The notes below the pieces were generated by a model. The model was not told the DNA's origin. It saw only the letters and a program-made list of their open reading frames with translations, and did no database searches. The position numbers and the translations under genes were made by a program. From the NCBI GenBank assembly GCA_964558475.1, contig CAZLEB010000001.1, forward strand, positions 1-49,878: a stretch of DNA of 49,878 nucleotides, written 5' to 3'. The DNA is from an uncultured Actinomycetota bacterium. Lineage in GTDB: Bacteria > Actinomycetota > Humimicrobiia > Humimicrobiales > Humimicrobiaceae. This document shows positions 1-9,000 of the stretch, piece by piece. How positions within the stretch are numbered: the stretch's first letter is position 1; every line of letters starts with the position of its first letter.

Positions 1-2
1 TT

Positions 3-872
3 GGCATTGATTCTATAATTATGGGGAACGGTACGGATCAGATTATTGAGATGATTTGTGATAGTTTTATTGAACCCGGAGAAAGTATCGTAATCGCTGA
101 TCCCACTTTTTTAATTTACGAAAAGTCAGCCGTAAAGTGCAGCGGGACGGTAATTAAAGTTCCTTTAAAAAAACTCAGGCAGGATGCAGAAATGCTGGTT
201 GGTGCCATAAATAAAGAAACAAAAATATTATTTCTGACAAATCCCCACAATCCGACAGGAACTAATATCAACCAGAAAGAGTTTGATTATATTGTGGAAA
301 ATATAAAAGAAAATGTATTACTGGTTGTAGATGAAGCCTACTGTGAGTATGTGCCGGATAGAGAAAAGATTAATACTATAGAATATCTCTCTAAATATAA
401 TAATCTTGTGATCCTAAGGACATTTTCGAAGATTTACGGGCTGGCAGGATTAAGAATCGGATATGGAATATCTGACAGCTTAATCATTTCCGCGATAAAT
501 AAGGTAAGACTACCATTCAATGTAAATTCAATTGCACAGAAAGCTGCTGCGGCTGCATTGGAAAATGAATTCTATATTAATGAAATCAGGAACAGGATAG
601 AGGAAGAAAAGGATAATTTTTACAACGTTTTAATGAAAAACGGAATAGGCTTCATTAAGTCATATACAAATTTTATTTTGATTAATACTGGTGAGAATAG
701 TGATATAATTGTGGAGGAACTTCTTAAAAATGGATTTATAGTAAGGCCCGGGAAAAATCTTGGAGTACCCGGGTATATCAGGGTTACTGTAGCTTTACCG
801 GAGATAAATGTGAAATTCTTAACGGCTTTTACAAAAATATTTAACAACCTATATAAAAAGGAAAAGGTATAA
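3..872 (+). CDS. hisC: Histidinol-phosphate (HisC/CobD-type, class II PLP) aminotransferase, 5' end cut by window edge
   Basis: The frame stays open back to nt 3 (GIDSIIMGNGTDQII...), so the Met at 21 is internal. Motifs NPHNPTG, VVDEAY and RTFSKIYGLAGLRIGYG (PLP-lysine region). Confidence 0.8.
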   Translation, partial: GIDSIIMGNGTDQIIEMICDSFIEPGESIVIADPTFLIYEKSAVKCSGTVIKVPLKKLRQDAEMLVGAINKETKILFLTNPHNPTGTNINQKEFDYIVENIKENVLLVVDEAYCEYVPDREKINTIEYLSKYNNLVILRTFSKIYGLAGLRIGYGISDSLIISAINKVRLPFNVNSIAQKAAAAALENEFYINEIRNRIEEEKDNFYNVLMKNGIGFIKSYTNFILINTGENSDIIVEELLKNGFIVRPGKNLGVPGYIRVTVALPEINVKFLTAFTKIFNNLYKKEKV

Positions 873-876
873 GAAA

Positions 877-1716
877 ATGGAAACAGTAGTTACCGGTAAA
901 GGAACCGAAGTCAGGTTTGGATTGAATCTGCCCACAGTTATTATAGCCGAAAGAATTAATCCCACCGGAAGAAAGTCTTTAGCAGATGAGTTGAAACATG
1001 GTAAATTTAACATTGTTAGAGAAGACGCCGTAAAGCAAACTAAAGCAGGGGCGCACATAATTGATATAAATGTAGGAGCAGTTGGTGTGGATGAAGTTGA
1101 TATACTGCCGAAAGCAGTTAAGACGGTTATGGAAGTAACCGGTCAACCTCTTTGCCTTGATTCTGCAAATCCAAAGGCGCTGGAAGCGGCTCTGAAGGTT
1201 TACCCATATAAGGCTCTTATCAACTCAGTTAATGGTAAAGAAAAGTCGCTGGAAGAAATTTTACCCATGATAAAAGATAGCGGGAGCGCAGTTATATGCC
1301 TTACAATGGATGATAATGGCATCCCGGATAATGTTGAAGAAAGATTTGAAATCGCCAGAAAAATAATAAAGAGAGCAGAAGCTATTGGAATAAAGAAAGA
1401 GGATCTAGTGTTTGATTGTCTAGTCATGGCTAATGCAACAAACTCCAATTCTGCAAAAATCACATTGGAAACTCAAAGGAAAGTTGCCAGAGAATTCGGG
1501 GTATCAATCACCGGTGGCTATTCTAATGTTAGTTTTGGAATGCCAGACAGAGAGCTGCTTAATATTCATTTTATAACTATGGGTATTGTGAATTGTTTAT
1601 GTGCTCCTATCGTTGATCCTTTGACAAGCGGTATTTCGGAAGCGATAAAAGCAGCAGATTTTCTTGCGGGCAGGGATCCGTATGGTATAAAATATATATC
1701 TTACTATAGAAAGTAA
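877..1716 (+). CDS. Pterin-binding domain methyltransferase (methyltetrahydrofolate:corrinoid methyltransferase, AcsE/MetH-pterin-domain-like)
   Basis: Starts 4 nt after the upstream gene. Contains IIAERINPTGRK...AGAHIIDINVG...LCLDS...SNVSFGMP, the TIM-barrel pattern of DHPS-like pterin-binding proteins. Confidence 0.7.
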   Translation: METVVTGKGTEVRFGLNLPTVIIAERINPTGRKSLADELKHGKFNIVREDAVKQTKAGAHIIDINVGAVGVDEVDILPKAVKTVMEVTGQPLCLDSANPKALEAALKVYPYKALINSVNGKEKSLEEILPMIKDSGSAVICLTMDDNGIPDNVEERFEIARKIIKRAEAIGIKKEDLVFDCLVMANATNSNSAKITLETQRKVAREFGVSITGGYSNVSFGMPDRELLNIHFITMGIVNCLCAPIVDPLTSGISEAIKAADFLAGRDPYGIKYISYYRK

Positions 1717-1771
1717 TTGTTTTTTATTTTATAATTTCAATTACCTATTAACAATTAAAATAGGAGAGAAA

Positions 1772-2869
1772 ATGGCAAAGGTTATCGTAAAGAATCTAAC
1801 AAAAAAATTTGATGATGTGATTGCTGTTAATAACATGAACAGCACTGTCGAAGACAGGGAATTCATGGTTCTGGTAGGACCATCAGGTTGTGGAAAAACC
1901 ACCATGTTGCGTATGATTGCAGGACTGGAAGAGGTAACGGAAGGTGAAATTTATATCGGGGACAGGTTAATTAATAATGTTGCTCCAAAGGACAGGGATA
2001 TAGCAATGGTTTTCCAGAACTATGCTCTCTACCCTCATTTTAATGTCTATAATAACATGGCATTTGGATTAAGACTTCGAAGGGTGCCTAAACTGGAAAT
2101 TGATAAAATGGTACACGAAGCGGCAAAAATTTTAAAAATTGAAGACCTATTAAAGAGAAAACCAAAACAACTTTCCGGAGGACAAAGACAGAGAGTTGCT
2201 TTAGGAAGAGCAATTGTAAGAAACCCTAAAGTATTTTTAATGGACGAGCCACTATCCAATCTTGATGCAAAACTTAGAGTTCAGATGAGAACAGAAATTG
2301 CAAAACTTCACAAGAGACTTAATGCCACTATAATATATGTAACCCACGATCAGACCGAGGCTATGACTATGGCAGATAAGATAATTATTATGAAAGATGG
2401 AATAGTACAGCAGACTGGTAAACCACAGGAAGTATATGACAATCCAGGCAATATGTTTGTAGCTGGATTTATAGGAAGCCCTGCAATGAATTTTTTAGAT
2501 GCTACTGTTACTGACAGGATAACTCTAAAAAGCAACATATTTGAACTTAATACAACTGATAAGATTAAGAAAGTAATTAAAGATAACAAACTAATAGGAA
2601 AAGAAATAATATTAGGAATTAGGCCTGAAGATCTGGAAGACAGTAATTTTGTACAGGATATCCCTGCGAATAATACAATTACTGCAAATGTTGAAGTTAC
2701 AGAGCCTATGGGTGCTGAAATCTATGTATATATTGATATTGAAGGAGTTCTAATAACAGCAAGGGTTAATCCCAGATCCAAATACGAAAGTGGTGATAAG
2801 GCAATCTTATATGTAGATATTGACAAAATACACTTATTTGATAAAGATACAGAAAAATCTTATATGTAA
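1772..2869 (+). CDS. Sugar-type ABC transporter ATP-binding protein (MalK/UgpC/MsmX-like) with C-terminal TOBE-like domain
   Basis: Walker A GPSGCGKTT, signature LSGGQRQRVALGRA, Walker B FLMDEPLSNLD, H-loop VTHDQ. SD GGAGAG lies upstream of the ATG. Confidence 0.9.
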   Translation: MAKVIVKNLTKKFDDVIAVNNMNSTVEDREFMVLVGPSGCGKTTMLRMIAGLEEVTEGEIYIGDRLINNVAPKDRDIAMVFQNYALYPHFNVYNNMAFGLRLRRVPKLEIDKMVHEAAKILKIEDLLKRKPKQLSGGQRQRVALGRAIVRNPKVFLMDEPLSNLDAKLRVQMRTEIAKLHKRLNATIIYVTHDQTEAMTMADKIIIMKDGIVQQTGKPQEVYDNPGNMFVAGFIGSPAMNFLDATVTDRITLKSNIFELNTTDKIKKVIKDNKLIGKEIILGIRPEDLEDSNFVQDIPANNTITANVEVTEPMGAEIYVYIDIEGVLITARVNPRSKYESGDKAILYVDIDKIHLFDKDTEKSYM

Positions 2870-2924
2870 ATTTATAAGAATATCTGAGTAGTAATTAAAC
2901 AGTGGTTGGCTAATTTTTGTTAAT

Positions 2925-2970
2925 AAAGTAAAGCACAATAGTATAGTTATTGTGCTTTACTTTTTATTTT
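2925..2970 (+). terminator. Rho-independent terminator after the ABC ATPase gene
   Basis: Perfect 16-bp stem AAAGTAAAGCACAATA / TATTGTGCTTTACTTT with a 7-nt loop, followed by TTATTTT. Confidence 0.8.
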
Positions 2971-3239
2971 ATGTAGCATGAATACCGCTTTTTAATTAGA
3001 GTAACATTTTTTATATCTTTTTTATTTTAACTGCAGCTATTTTTTTATATCTTATTCATAGTATCCAGTATCCTTACATTACTCCCTGTTCAAATAAATT
3101 TTTTTCTACTCTAAATTTCTTCTTTGATTATCTTTACTTCCTTAGATAAATCTTTTAATCTTATCTTTGTATAATAAAGGTTTGTTTTTCTTCAAAAGAG
3201 ATATATTAAAGAATAATAGCAGTGGTAAATGGAGGTAAA

Positions 3240-4580
3240 ATGGGAAAGAAATTCAAAAGAAATTTTGTTTTTGGTATAGCAACATCGTCCTATCAAATAG
3301 AAGGGGCTGCTGCGGAAGATGGAAAAGGTCCTTCCATATGGGATATATTCTGCAAGATTCCTGGAAAAATATATAAAGGACATACCGGTGATATTGCATG
3401 TGATCATTATCATAGATATAAAGAAGATATAAAGTTAATGTCAGATATTGGTATAAATGCATATAGATTTTCAATATCATGGCCCAGGATTTTTCCGAAA
3501 AGGGGTACTTATAATCCAAAAGGAATGGAATTTTATAAAAATTTGGTAAATGAACTTATTGCAAGAAATATAAAACCAGTTGCCGCCCTTTATCATTGGG
3601 ACATGCCGATATGGGTTTATGAGATAGGTGGATGGTTAAAAAGAGATTCGGTTAAGTGGTTCGAAGAATATGCTGCAAAGGTATTTGAAGAACTTAATAC
3701 TTCTGTAAAATTATGGTTAACACACAATGAGCCATATTGCCAGCCAATTTATGGGTATGCGGAAGGAATACACGCTCCAGGACATAAAGACATGAGAGAA
3801 GCTTTGATAGCTGCACATCATATTCTACTTTCTCATGGCGCTGCGGTTGAAACTTTTAGAAAGTATGACTTCAAAAATAGTGAAATTGGAATAACTCTTA
3901 ATTTGATTCCCGCCTATCCTGTATCTGACTCTAAGGAAGATGTAGAAGCGGCTTATAGATCTGATGGCATGTCTAATAGATGGTTTCTGGATCCTATTTT
4001 TAAATCTTCTTATCCCGAGGACATGAAGAAAGTATTTAATAAATTTGTAGGTGAGTTTGATTTTATATGTGATGGAGATTTGGAGAAAATATCAGTTAAA
4101 AATGATTTTCTGGGAGTAAATTATTATGCGAGTGATCTTATTAAGTTTTCCAGGGATTCAAAATTTGGCTTTGAGAATGCCAGGAGCAATTTTGAAAAAA
4201 CTACCATGGGTTGGAACATCTGGCCGGAACCTTTATATAATCTTATAAAAAGACTAAAGCAGGAATATACAGGAATACCGATTTATATTATGGAAAATGG
4301 CGCTGCATTTGATGATATCCTTTCTAGCGGGAAAAGGGTACACGATGTTAAAAGGATAGATTATATTAAAAGGCATTTAATGGAGATTGCCAAACTGAAT
4401 GAACAGGGGGCGGACGTAAGAGGATATTTCATCTGGTCTATAATGGATAATTTTGAATGGCAGCATGGTTATTCCAAAAGATTCGGGATTATTTTTATAG
4501 ATTACAAGACACAGGAGAGGATATTAAAGGACAGTGCAATATGGTATAAGGACTTAATTAGGTATAGGATTATAAAATAA
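3240..4580 (+). CDS. bglA: GH1 beta-glucosidase / 6-phospho-beta-glucosidase family
   Basis: GIATSSYQIEGA, acid/base LTHNEP and nucleophile YIMENG motifs. ATG 3240 is preferred over the listed GTG 3222 because GGAGG (3231-3235) sits 4 nt upstream. Confidence 0.9.
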   Translation: MGKKFKRNFVFGIATSSYQIEGAAAEDGKGPSIWDIFCKIPGKIYKGHTGDIACDHYHRYKEDIKLMSDIGINAYRFSISWPRIFPKRGTYNPKGMEFYKNLVNELIARNIKPVAALYHWDMPIWVYEIGGWLKRDSVKWFEEYAAKVFEELNTSVKLWLTHNEPYCQPIYGYAEGIHAPGHKDMREALIAAHHILLSHGAAVETFRKYDFKNSEIGITLNLIPAYPVSDSKEDVEAAYRSDGMSNRWFLDPIFKSSYPEDMKKVFNKFVGEFDFICDGDLEKISVKNDFLGVNYYASDLIKFSRDSKFGFENARSNFEKTTMGWNIWPEPLYNLIKRLKQEYTGIPIYIMENGAAFDDILSSGKRVHDVKRIDYIKRHLMEIAKLNEQGADVRGYFIWSIMDNFEWQHGYSKRFGIIFIDYKTQERILKDSAIWYKDLIRYRIIK

Positions 4581-4588
4581 TTATGTTT

Positions 4589-4631
4589 GGCATATTGATA
4601 GTTTAAAAGAATGTTTCTTGATGCCTTTTTT
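4589..4631 (+). terminator. Weak candidate terminator after bglA
   Basis: GGCAT...(AAGAA tgt TTCTT)...ATGCC followed by TTTTTT. The outer stem is short and the loop long. Confidence 0.3.
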
Positions 4632-4707
4632 GTAACTGATTGGTTGTGGATTATATTTTAGAACTATAGACATAGACAGGAATACAAATTTTTGAAAAAG
4701 AATTTCA

Positions 4708-4716
4708 TGGTATAAT
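4708..4716 (+). promoter_or_regulatory. Extended -10 promoter element TGgTATAAT upstream of the phosphoesterase/cDPG operon
   Basis: TG-n-TATAAT lies about 57 nt upstream of ATG 4773. No well-spaced -35 (TTGAAA at 4692 is only 13 nt away). Confidence 0.45.
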
Positions 4717-4772
4717 TTATTAGAAGTAAAAAAACTATTTCGACTGAAAATGTATATTTGAAAGGGAAAGTG

Positions 4773-5573
4773 ATGACAGAAAATACTAAGGAAACAGTAG
4801 TAGTTCAAATTTCTGATATTCATGTTGGGGAAAAGCATTTTGTGCCCAGTCTTCTCACCAGGTGTATTGATGAAATAAATGAACTCTGTCCCGATATAGT
4901 GGTTATAACAGGAGATCTTACTGCCAATGGCTTCAGGATGGAATACGATACTTTAAAGAATTATCTCTCTCCTATAAAGTGTAAAAATCTACTGGTCCAA
5001 TTAGGAAACCATGATTCCAGGAATGTAGGATACCTGCATTTTGAAGACATTTTTGGCAGCAGATATATTTCATTTAGCGGTAGTAATGTGACCATTGTTG
5101 CAGCTGATTCAAGTGAACCTGATCTGGATAACGGACAAATTGGCAGGGAACATTATGAATGGATTAAAAATGAATTCAATAAATGTAATAATGATAATTT
5201 TAAAATCTTTGCCATGCATCACCACTTGATATCAATTCCAAATACAGGTAGGGAAAGGAATATTGTAAATGATGCCGGTGATGTTCTGGAAACCTTAGTT
5301 GATGCCGGAGTGGATATGGTGTTATGTGGACATAAACATGTACCGTATCTATGGAGAGTAGAGGACCTGCTGGTAGTTACTGCCGGGACAGTTTCTTGTC
5401 TTAGATTAAGGGGAAAAATTGAACCAAGTTATAATATTATCTATGTAAGAGAGAAAGAAATCGATATATATAGAAGGTCGCCTTTTGATAAAATAGAAAA
5501 AATTTTAGGTGTAGAAAGAATTGGGAAGAAGAGTAAACTCTGTGATAAGTTTATTAAAGAGAAAAAACAATAA
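4773..5573 (+). CDS. Calcineurin-like metallophosphoesterase (CpdA/YfcE-like)
   Basis: Motifs DIHVG, GDLTANG, GNHD, HHH and GHKH in canonical order. ATG 4773 follows AAAGGGAAAG; the listed TTG 4758 is less likely. Confidence 0.85.
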   Translation: MTENTKETVVVQISDIHVGEKHFVPSLLTRCIDEINELCPDIVVITGDLTANGFRMEYDTLKNYLSPIKCKNLLVQLGNHDSRNVGYLHFEDIFGSRYISFSGSNVTIVAADSSEPDLDNGQIGREHYEWIKNEFNKCNNDNFKIFAMHHHLISIPNTGRERNIVNDAGDVLETLVDAGVDMVLCGHKHVPYLWRVEDLLVVTAGTVSCLRLRGKIEPSYNIIYVREKEIDIYRRSPFDKIEKILGVERIGKKSKLCDKFIKEKKQ

Positions 5574-6921
5574 GGATAAGGATCTGATTGCATTAATAGA
5601 TGGAGAGCATTACCCGCAGGTAACCTATGATGCAATTGCAATGCTTAAAAAAATCTATAAAGGCAATTTTAAGGGCATTGTCTTCCTGGGTGGAACCGAG
5701 AAATTGGCGATAAACAATATCGAGGGTTTTTTCGGCGAGAAGGTTTATAGAATTAAGGATATTGATACGGATTTTAAAGCAGCACTTAAATATTTCAAAC
5801 CTGACGTTGTCTATGATTTAAGTGACGAACCTGTGGTAAATTACGTAATTAGAATGAAAATAGCTTCTTTTTGTCTTGCAAATAAATGCAGTTATATAGG
5901 TCCTGACTTTTTATTTTCTTATGAGAAAGAAAATATACACTGCAGCAAACCCACCATAGCAATTATTGGAACAGGTAAAAGAATTGGCAAAACTGCGGTT
6001 AGTTCTTTTATATCTAAAATATATACTTCTGAGGATGTTAATGTATGTATCATTGCTATGGGAAGGGGAGGACCTAAAAACCCTCAGATTATCAAGGGTA
6101 ATAAAATAAATATTACACCTGAATATCTCCTTGATATCAGTAATAAGGGGATGCATGCAAGTTCGGATTATATAGAAGATGCTCTTACAAGTAAGGTCAC
6201 TGCTGTTGGTTGCAGAAGGTGCGGCGGTGGTTTTGGAGGTAAAGTTTTTATGTCGAACATAAAGGAAGGTATAAGTGTTGCTGAAAAATTAAATCCTGAC
6301 CTAATAATAGTAGAAGGAAGCGGTGCCTCTGTTCCGGATGTAGAAGCAGATGCCACTATCTGTGTAATAGGTGCCGGCCAGAACTGGGAAAATATAATAG
6401 GCTATTTGGGAATTTATAGAATACTATCTTCGGACCTGATAATAATTACAATGTGTGAGAAGCCATTGGCAGATCGGGACAAGATAATTTTTTTAGAAAG
6501 AGAAATAAAAAAGATTAATCCGAAAGCCAGTATTATAAAAACGATTTTTAGACCGGAGCCTTTATCCGATATTAATGGTAAAAAAGTTTTTATAGCTATG
6601 ACCGCCAGTAAAATTGTTGAACCTATTATTAGAGATTACATAGAGAACAATTTTAACTGCAGGGTTATGAAGATGAGTTTTAATCTGGGAAATAGAGAAG
6701 AACTTAGAAAGGACTTAGAAAAAAGTAAGGATTATGACACAATAATGACAGAATTAAAGGCAGCTTCGGTAGATGTTGTAACAGATTATGCTTTTAAACA
6801 TAAAAAAGAAATAATATATATGAATAATATTCCTATAGTAATAGGCGGCAATAAGCTGCTAGAAAAGGAATTAAAAAATATATTCTCAAAGGAGAAAGAT
6901 CAATATGGATTCAAGAGATGA
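5521..6921 (+). CDS. cpgS: Cyclic 2,3-diphosphoglycerate synthetase-like protein
   Basis: About 460 aa. N-terminal LIDGEHYPQV, P-loop IIGTGKRIGKTAV and MGRGGP match my recollection of the archaeal cDPG synthetase family. The start is uncertain: TTG 5521 or GTG 5542, and either overlaps the upstream gene. Confidence 0.65.
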   Translation: MGRRVNSVISLLKRKNNKDKDLIALIDGEHYPQVTYDAIAMLKKIYKGNFKGIVFLGGTEKLAINNIEGFFGEKVYRIKDIDTDFKAALKYFKPDVVYDLSDEPVVNYVIRMKIASFCLANKCSYIGPDFLFSYEKENIHCSKPTIAIIGTGKRIGKTAVSSFISKIYTSEDVNVCIIAMGRGGPKNPQIIKGNKINITPEYLLDISNKGMHASSDYIEDALTSKVTAVGCRRCGGGFGGKVFMSNIKEGISVAEKLNPDLIIVEGSGASVPDVEADATICVIGAGQNWENIIGYLGIYRILSSDLIIITMCEKPLADRDKIIFLEREIKKINPKASIIKTIFRPEPLSDINGKKVFIAMTASKIVEPIIRDYIENNFNCRVMKMSFNLGNREELRKDLEKSKDYDTIMTELKAASVDVVTDYAFKHKKEIIYMNNIPIVIGGNKLLEKELKNIFSKEKDQYGFKR

Positions 6922-7861
6922 AAGTGAAGCAAACCCCAGGGTAATAGTAATCTCAGATAAAAAAGGCGGCTTGCCCTTTTCAAAAGGAATACTTGCTTCG
7001 TCTATTTCTGTAACCGGTTTGGATATTTTGACTGCCCATAAAATTGCGCTTGAAATTCAGGATTATTTTCTAAAAAATAAGATATACTCACTGTCTCTTG
7101 GTGAATTAAGGTCACTGGCGTTCAGGTTTATAAAAGATAAAGTCAGTTTGGAATACGCTGAGAGATATTTACTCTGGCAATCTGTTGGTAAACTAGAAAA
7201 ACCGGTTATAATACTTATCGGCGGATCAACCGGTGTTGGAAAATCGACTATAGCTACTATACTGGCAAATAGATTAAATATAACAAGAATAGCTTCTACC
7301 GATGCTATAAGAGAAGTTATGAGAGCTTCGGTGTCGGAGAAATTAATCAGGCCTCTTAGAGGTTCTTCTTTTAATGCATATAAGAATTTAACTCTTCCTC
7401 CTACTGGAGTAGAACCGGTTATCCTGGGTTTCAGGGAACAGGTATTGGCAGTTAATGTAGGTATAGAAGCAATAATAAAAAGAAATATTGAAGAAAAATC
7501 AGATATTGTTATAGAAGGCGCACATGTAGTGCCCGGTTATTTGGATCTTAGAGAATATTCATCCAGGGCTATAATTCAGCAGATAGTTATATCGGTGTCT
7601 GATAAAGATATTCATAAAGAGCATTTCACCAAGAGGACTTTTGAAACTCAGGGTTCAAGGCCCATGGAAAGATATATAAAGCATCTGGACAAAATCATGA
7701 TGATTCAGGATTATATAGAGAAATTGGCAAAAGAGAAAAAAGTTAAAATCATTGAAAACTATAATCTTGATAATGTAGTAAATGAAATATTGGAGTTAAT
7801 ATTTCAAAGGGTAAAAAGCGAATTTAGTAAAGTAGGATCTGAATATAAGAAAATAAGCTAA
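6905..7861 (+). CDS. pgk2: 2-phosphoglycerate kinase-like protein (N-terminal ATP-cone-like region + P-loop kinase)
   Basis: LPFSKGILASS...AHKIALEIQ N-terminus, then Walker A GGSTGVGKST. Overlaps the cpgS-like stop by 17 nt. AAGGAG lies upstream. Confidence 0.7.
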   Translation: MDSRDESEANPRVIVISDKKGGLPFSKGILASSISVTGLDILTAHKIALEIQDYFLKNKIYSLSLGELRSLAFRFIKDKVSLEYAERYLLWQSVGKLEKPVIILIGGSTGVGKSTIATILANRLNITRIASTDAIREVMRASVSEKLIRPLRGSSFNAYKNLTLPPTGVEPVILGFREQVLAVNVGIEAIIKRNIEEKSDIVIEGAHVVPGYLDLREYSSRAIIQQIVISVSDKDIHKEHFTKRTFETQGSRPMERYIKHLDKIMMIQDYIEKLAKEKKVKIIENYNLDNVVNEILELIFQRVKSEFSKVGSEYKKIS

Positions 7862-7864
7862 ACC

Positions 7865-8293
7865 TTATCTTAAAATATAGAATTTTTCGGAAATTTTATT
7901 ATCTCTATTTAAGTAAACCTTTACGTTATAGCTCCCGGGAGAATAAATACCATTTTTTTTGACCAAAAGGATTATAATCTTTCCTGAACCCTTTTGCTCC
8001 GGTTTTACGGTATTACTCTGGATTATTTCGTTAGAATTATCTTCAATTTTTTCCCATTCGACTTTTATTTCATCTTCAGTGGTAAGGTGCTTTACGTCTA
8101 TTATAAGATAGATATTTGAATCCCGGCTGTTAAAGTAGTCGTGGTTGTCCTGACTTAATTCGTTAAAACTGGAGTCTTTACTGGAACTTAAGTAAATATT
8201 TTCAATATCCGGTTTTTTTTGCAGGGTTGTTATTGAAACTATCGTAAGGATTAAAGTTAAGATAATTATAATTAGTATATTTCTTTTTTTCAT
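7865..8293 (-). CDS. Hypothetical membrane-anchored/secreted small protein
   Basis: N-terminal MKKRN + hydrophobic helix ILIIIILTLILTIVSI. No recognisable catalytic motifs. Convergent with the 2PGK-like gene. Confidence 0.6.
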   Translation of the reverse strand: MKKRNILIIIILTLILTIVSITTLQKKPDIENIYLSSSKDSSFNELSQDNHDYFNSRDSNIYLIIDVKHLTTEDEIKVEWEKIEDNSNEIIQSNTVKPEQKGSGKIIILLVKKNGIYSPGSYNVKVYLNRDNKISEKFYILR

Positions 8294-8376
8294 CTGGTTA
8301 CAGAAATACAGGATTTAACAATCACAGGCTATTATAAAAGTTATTTTTAATATTGGCTATAAGTCATTTCCAATAT

Positions 8377-8405
8377 TTGACTAAAATCTTTAATTGATAT
8401 ATATT
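8377..8405 (+). promoter_or_regulatory. Sigma-70-type promoter for the FmdB gene
   Basis: TTGACT (8377-8382), 17-nt spacer, TATATT (8400-8405), about 35 nt upstream of ATG 8441 (SD AAAGGGGG). Confidence 0.5.
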
Positions 8406-8440
8406 TTCTAAATAATTTTGCTAAAGGGGGAAATAAATAT

Positions 8441-8740
8441 ATGCCTATATATAGCTATAAATGTGAAAACTGCGGAAGAATTTTTGATAAATTTCAAAAA
8501 GCTGGATGTAATGACAATATAAAATGCATTTATTGCGATTCTAATACTAATAGATTATTTTCGCCTGTGGGAATAATTTTTAAAGGATCCGGATTTTATA
8601 CTACAGATTATAAATCAAAATCGGGGAATTTTAATAATGCTGCCGGTATTTCAACAAAAAAAGAGAAAGATAATAAAAAGTCAGAAGCCAAATCTTCTGT
8701 TAAAAAGGGAACTACTACAGTACCAAATAAAAATAGCTAA
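8441..8740 (+). CDS. FmdB-family zinc-ribbon protein (CxxC...CxxC) with K/S-rich tail
   Basis: MPIYSYKCENCG...CIYCDS...FKGSGFYTTDY is the characteristic FmdB/CxxC_CxxC_SSSS pattern. Confidence 0.8.
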   Translation: MPIYSYKCENCGRIFDKFQKAGCNDNIKCIYCDSNTNRLFSPVGIIFKGSGFYTTDYKSKSGNFNNAAGISTKKEKDNKKSEAKSSVKKGTTTVPNKNS

Positions 8741-9000
8741 GTCTTAAGTTTTATTGGTATAATGACGATCAAAATGTCTATAAATAATTTTTATCTTATT
8801 ATTAATAATTAATGATTCTATCGGAAGTACAATACTTATTGGTTATACTCTCTATTCTATGATACAATTTTTACCTGAGATTAAAAAATTTATAAGTAAA
8901 CCCTTTAAATAAATAAAGTAAAATGTCAGGGTTTTGAAATTATTTTAAGTTTTTAATGGTTAGGATTTTTATTAAATTTGTTTTATCGGTTTAGAAAAAT

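Noticed and set aside
3007-3053. 13-bp direct repeat TTTTTTATATCTT at 3007 and 3041 in the malK-bglA intergenic region
   Set aside because: Extremely AT-rich, low-complexity sequence that is plausibly chance. No associated ORF, inverted repeat or promoter spacing.
8349-8377. 8-bp palindrome arms AATATTGG / CCAATATT abutting the -35 of the FmdB promoter
   Set aside because: It could be an operator. However, the arms are short and AT-rich with a 13-nt spacer, and I cannot show conservation. Not reported as a feature.
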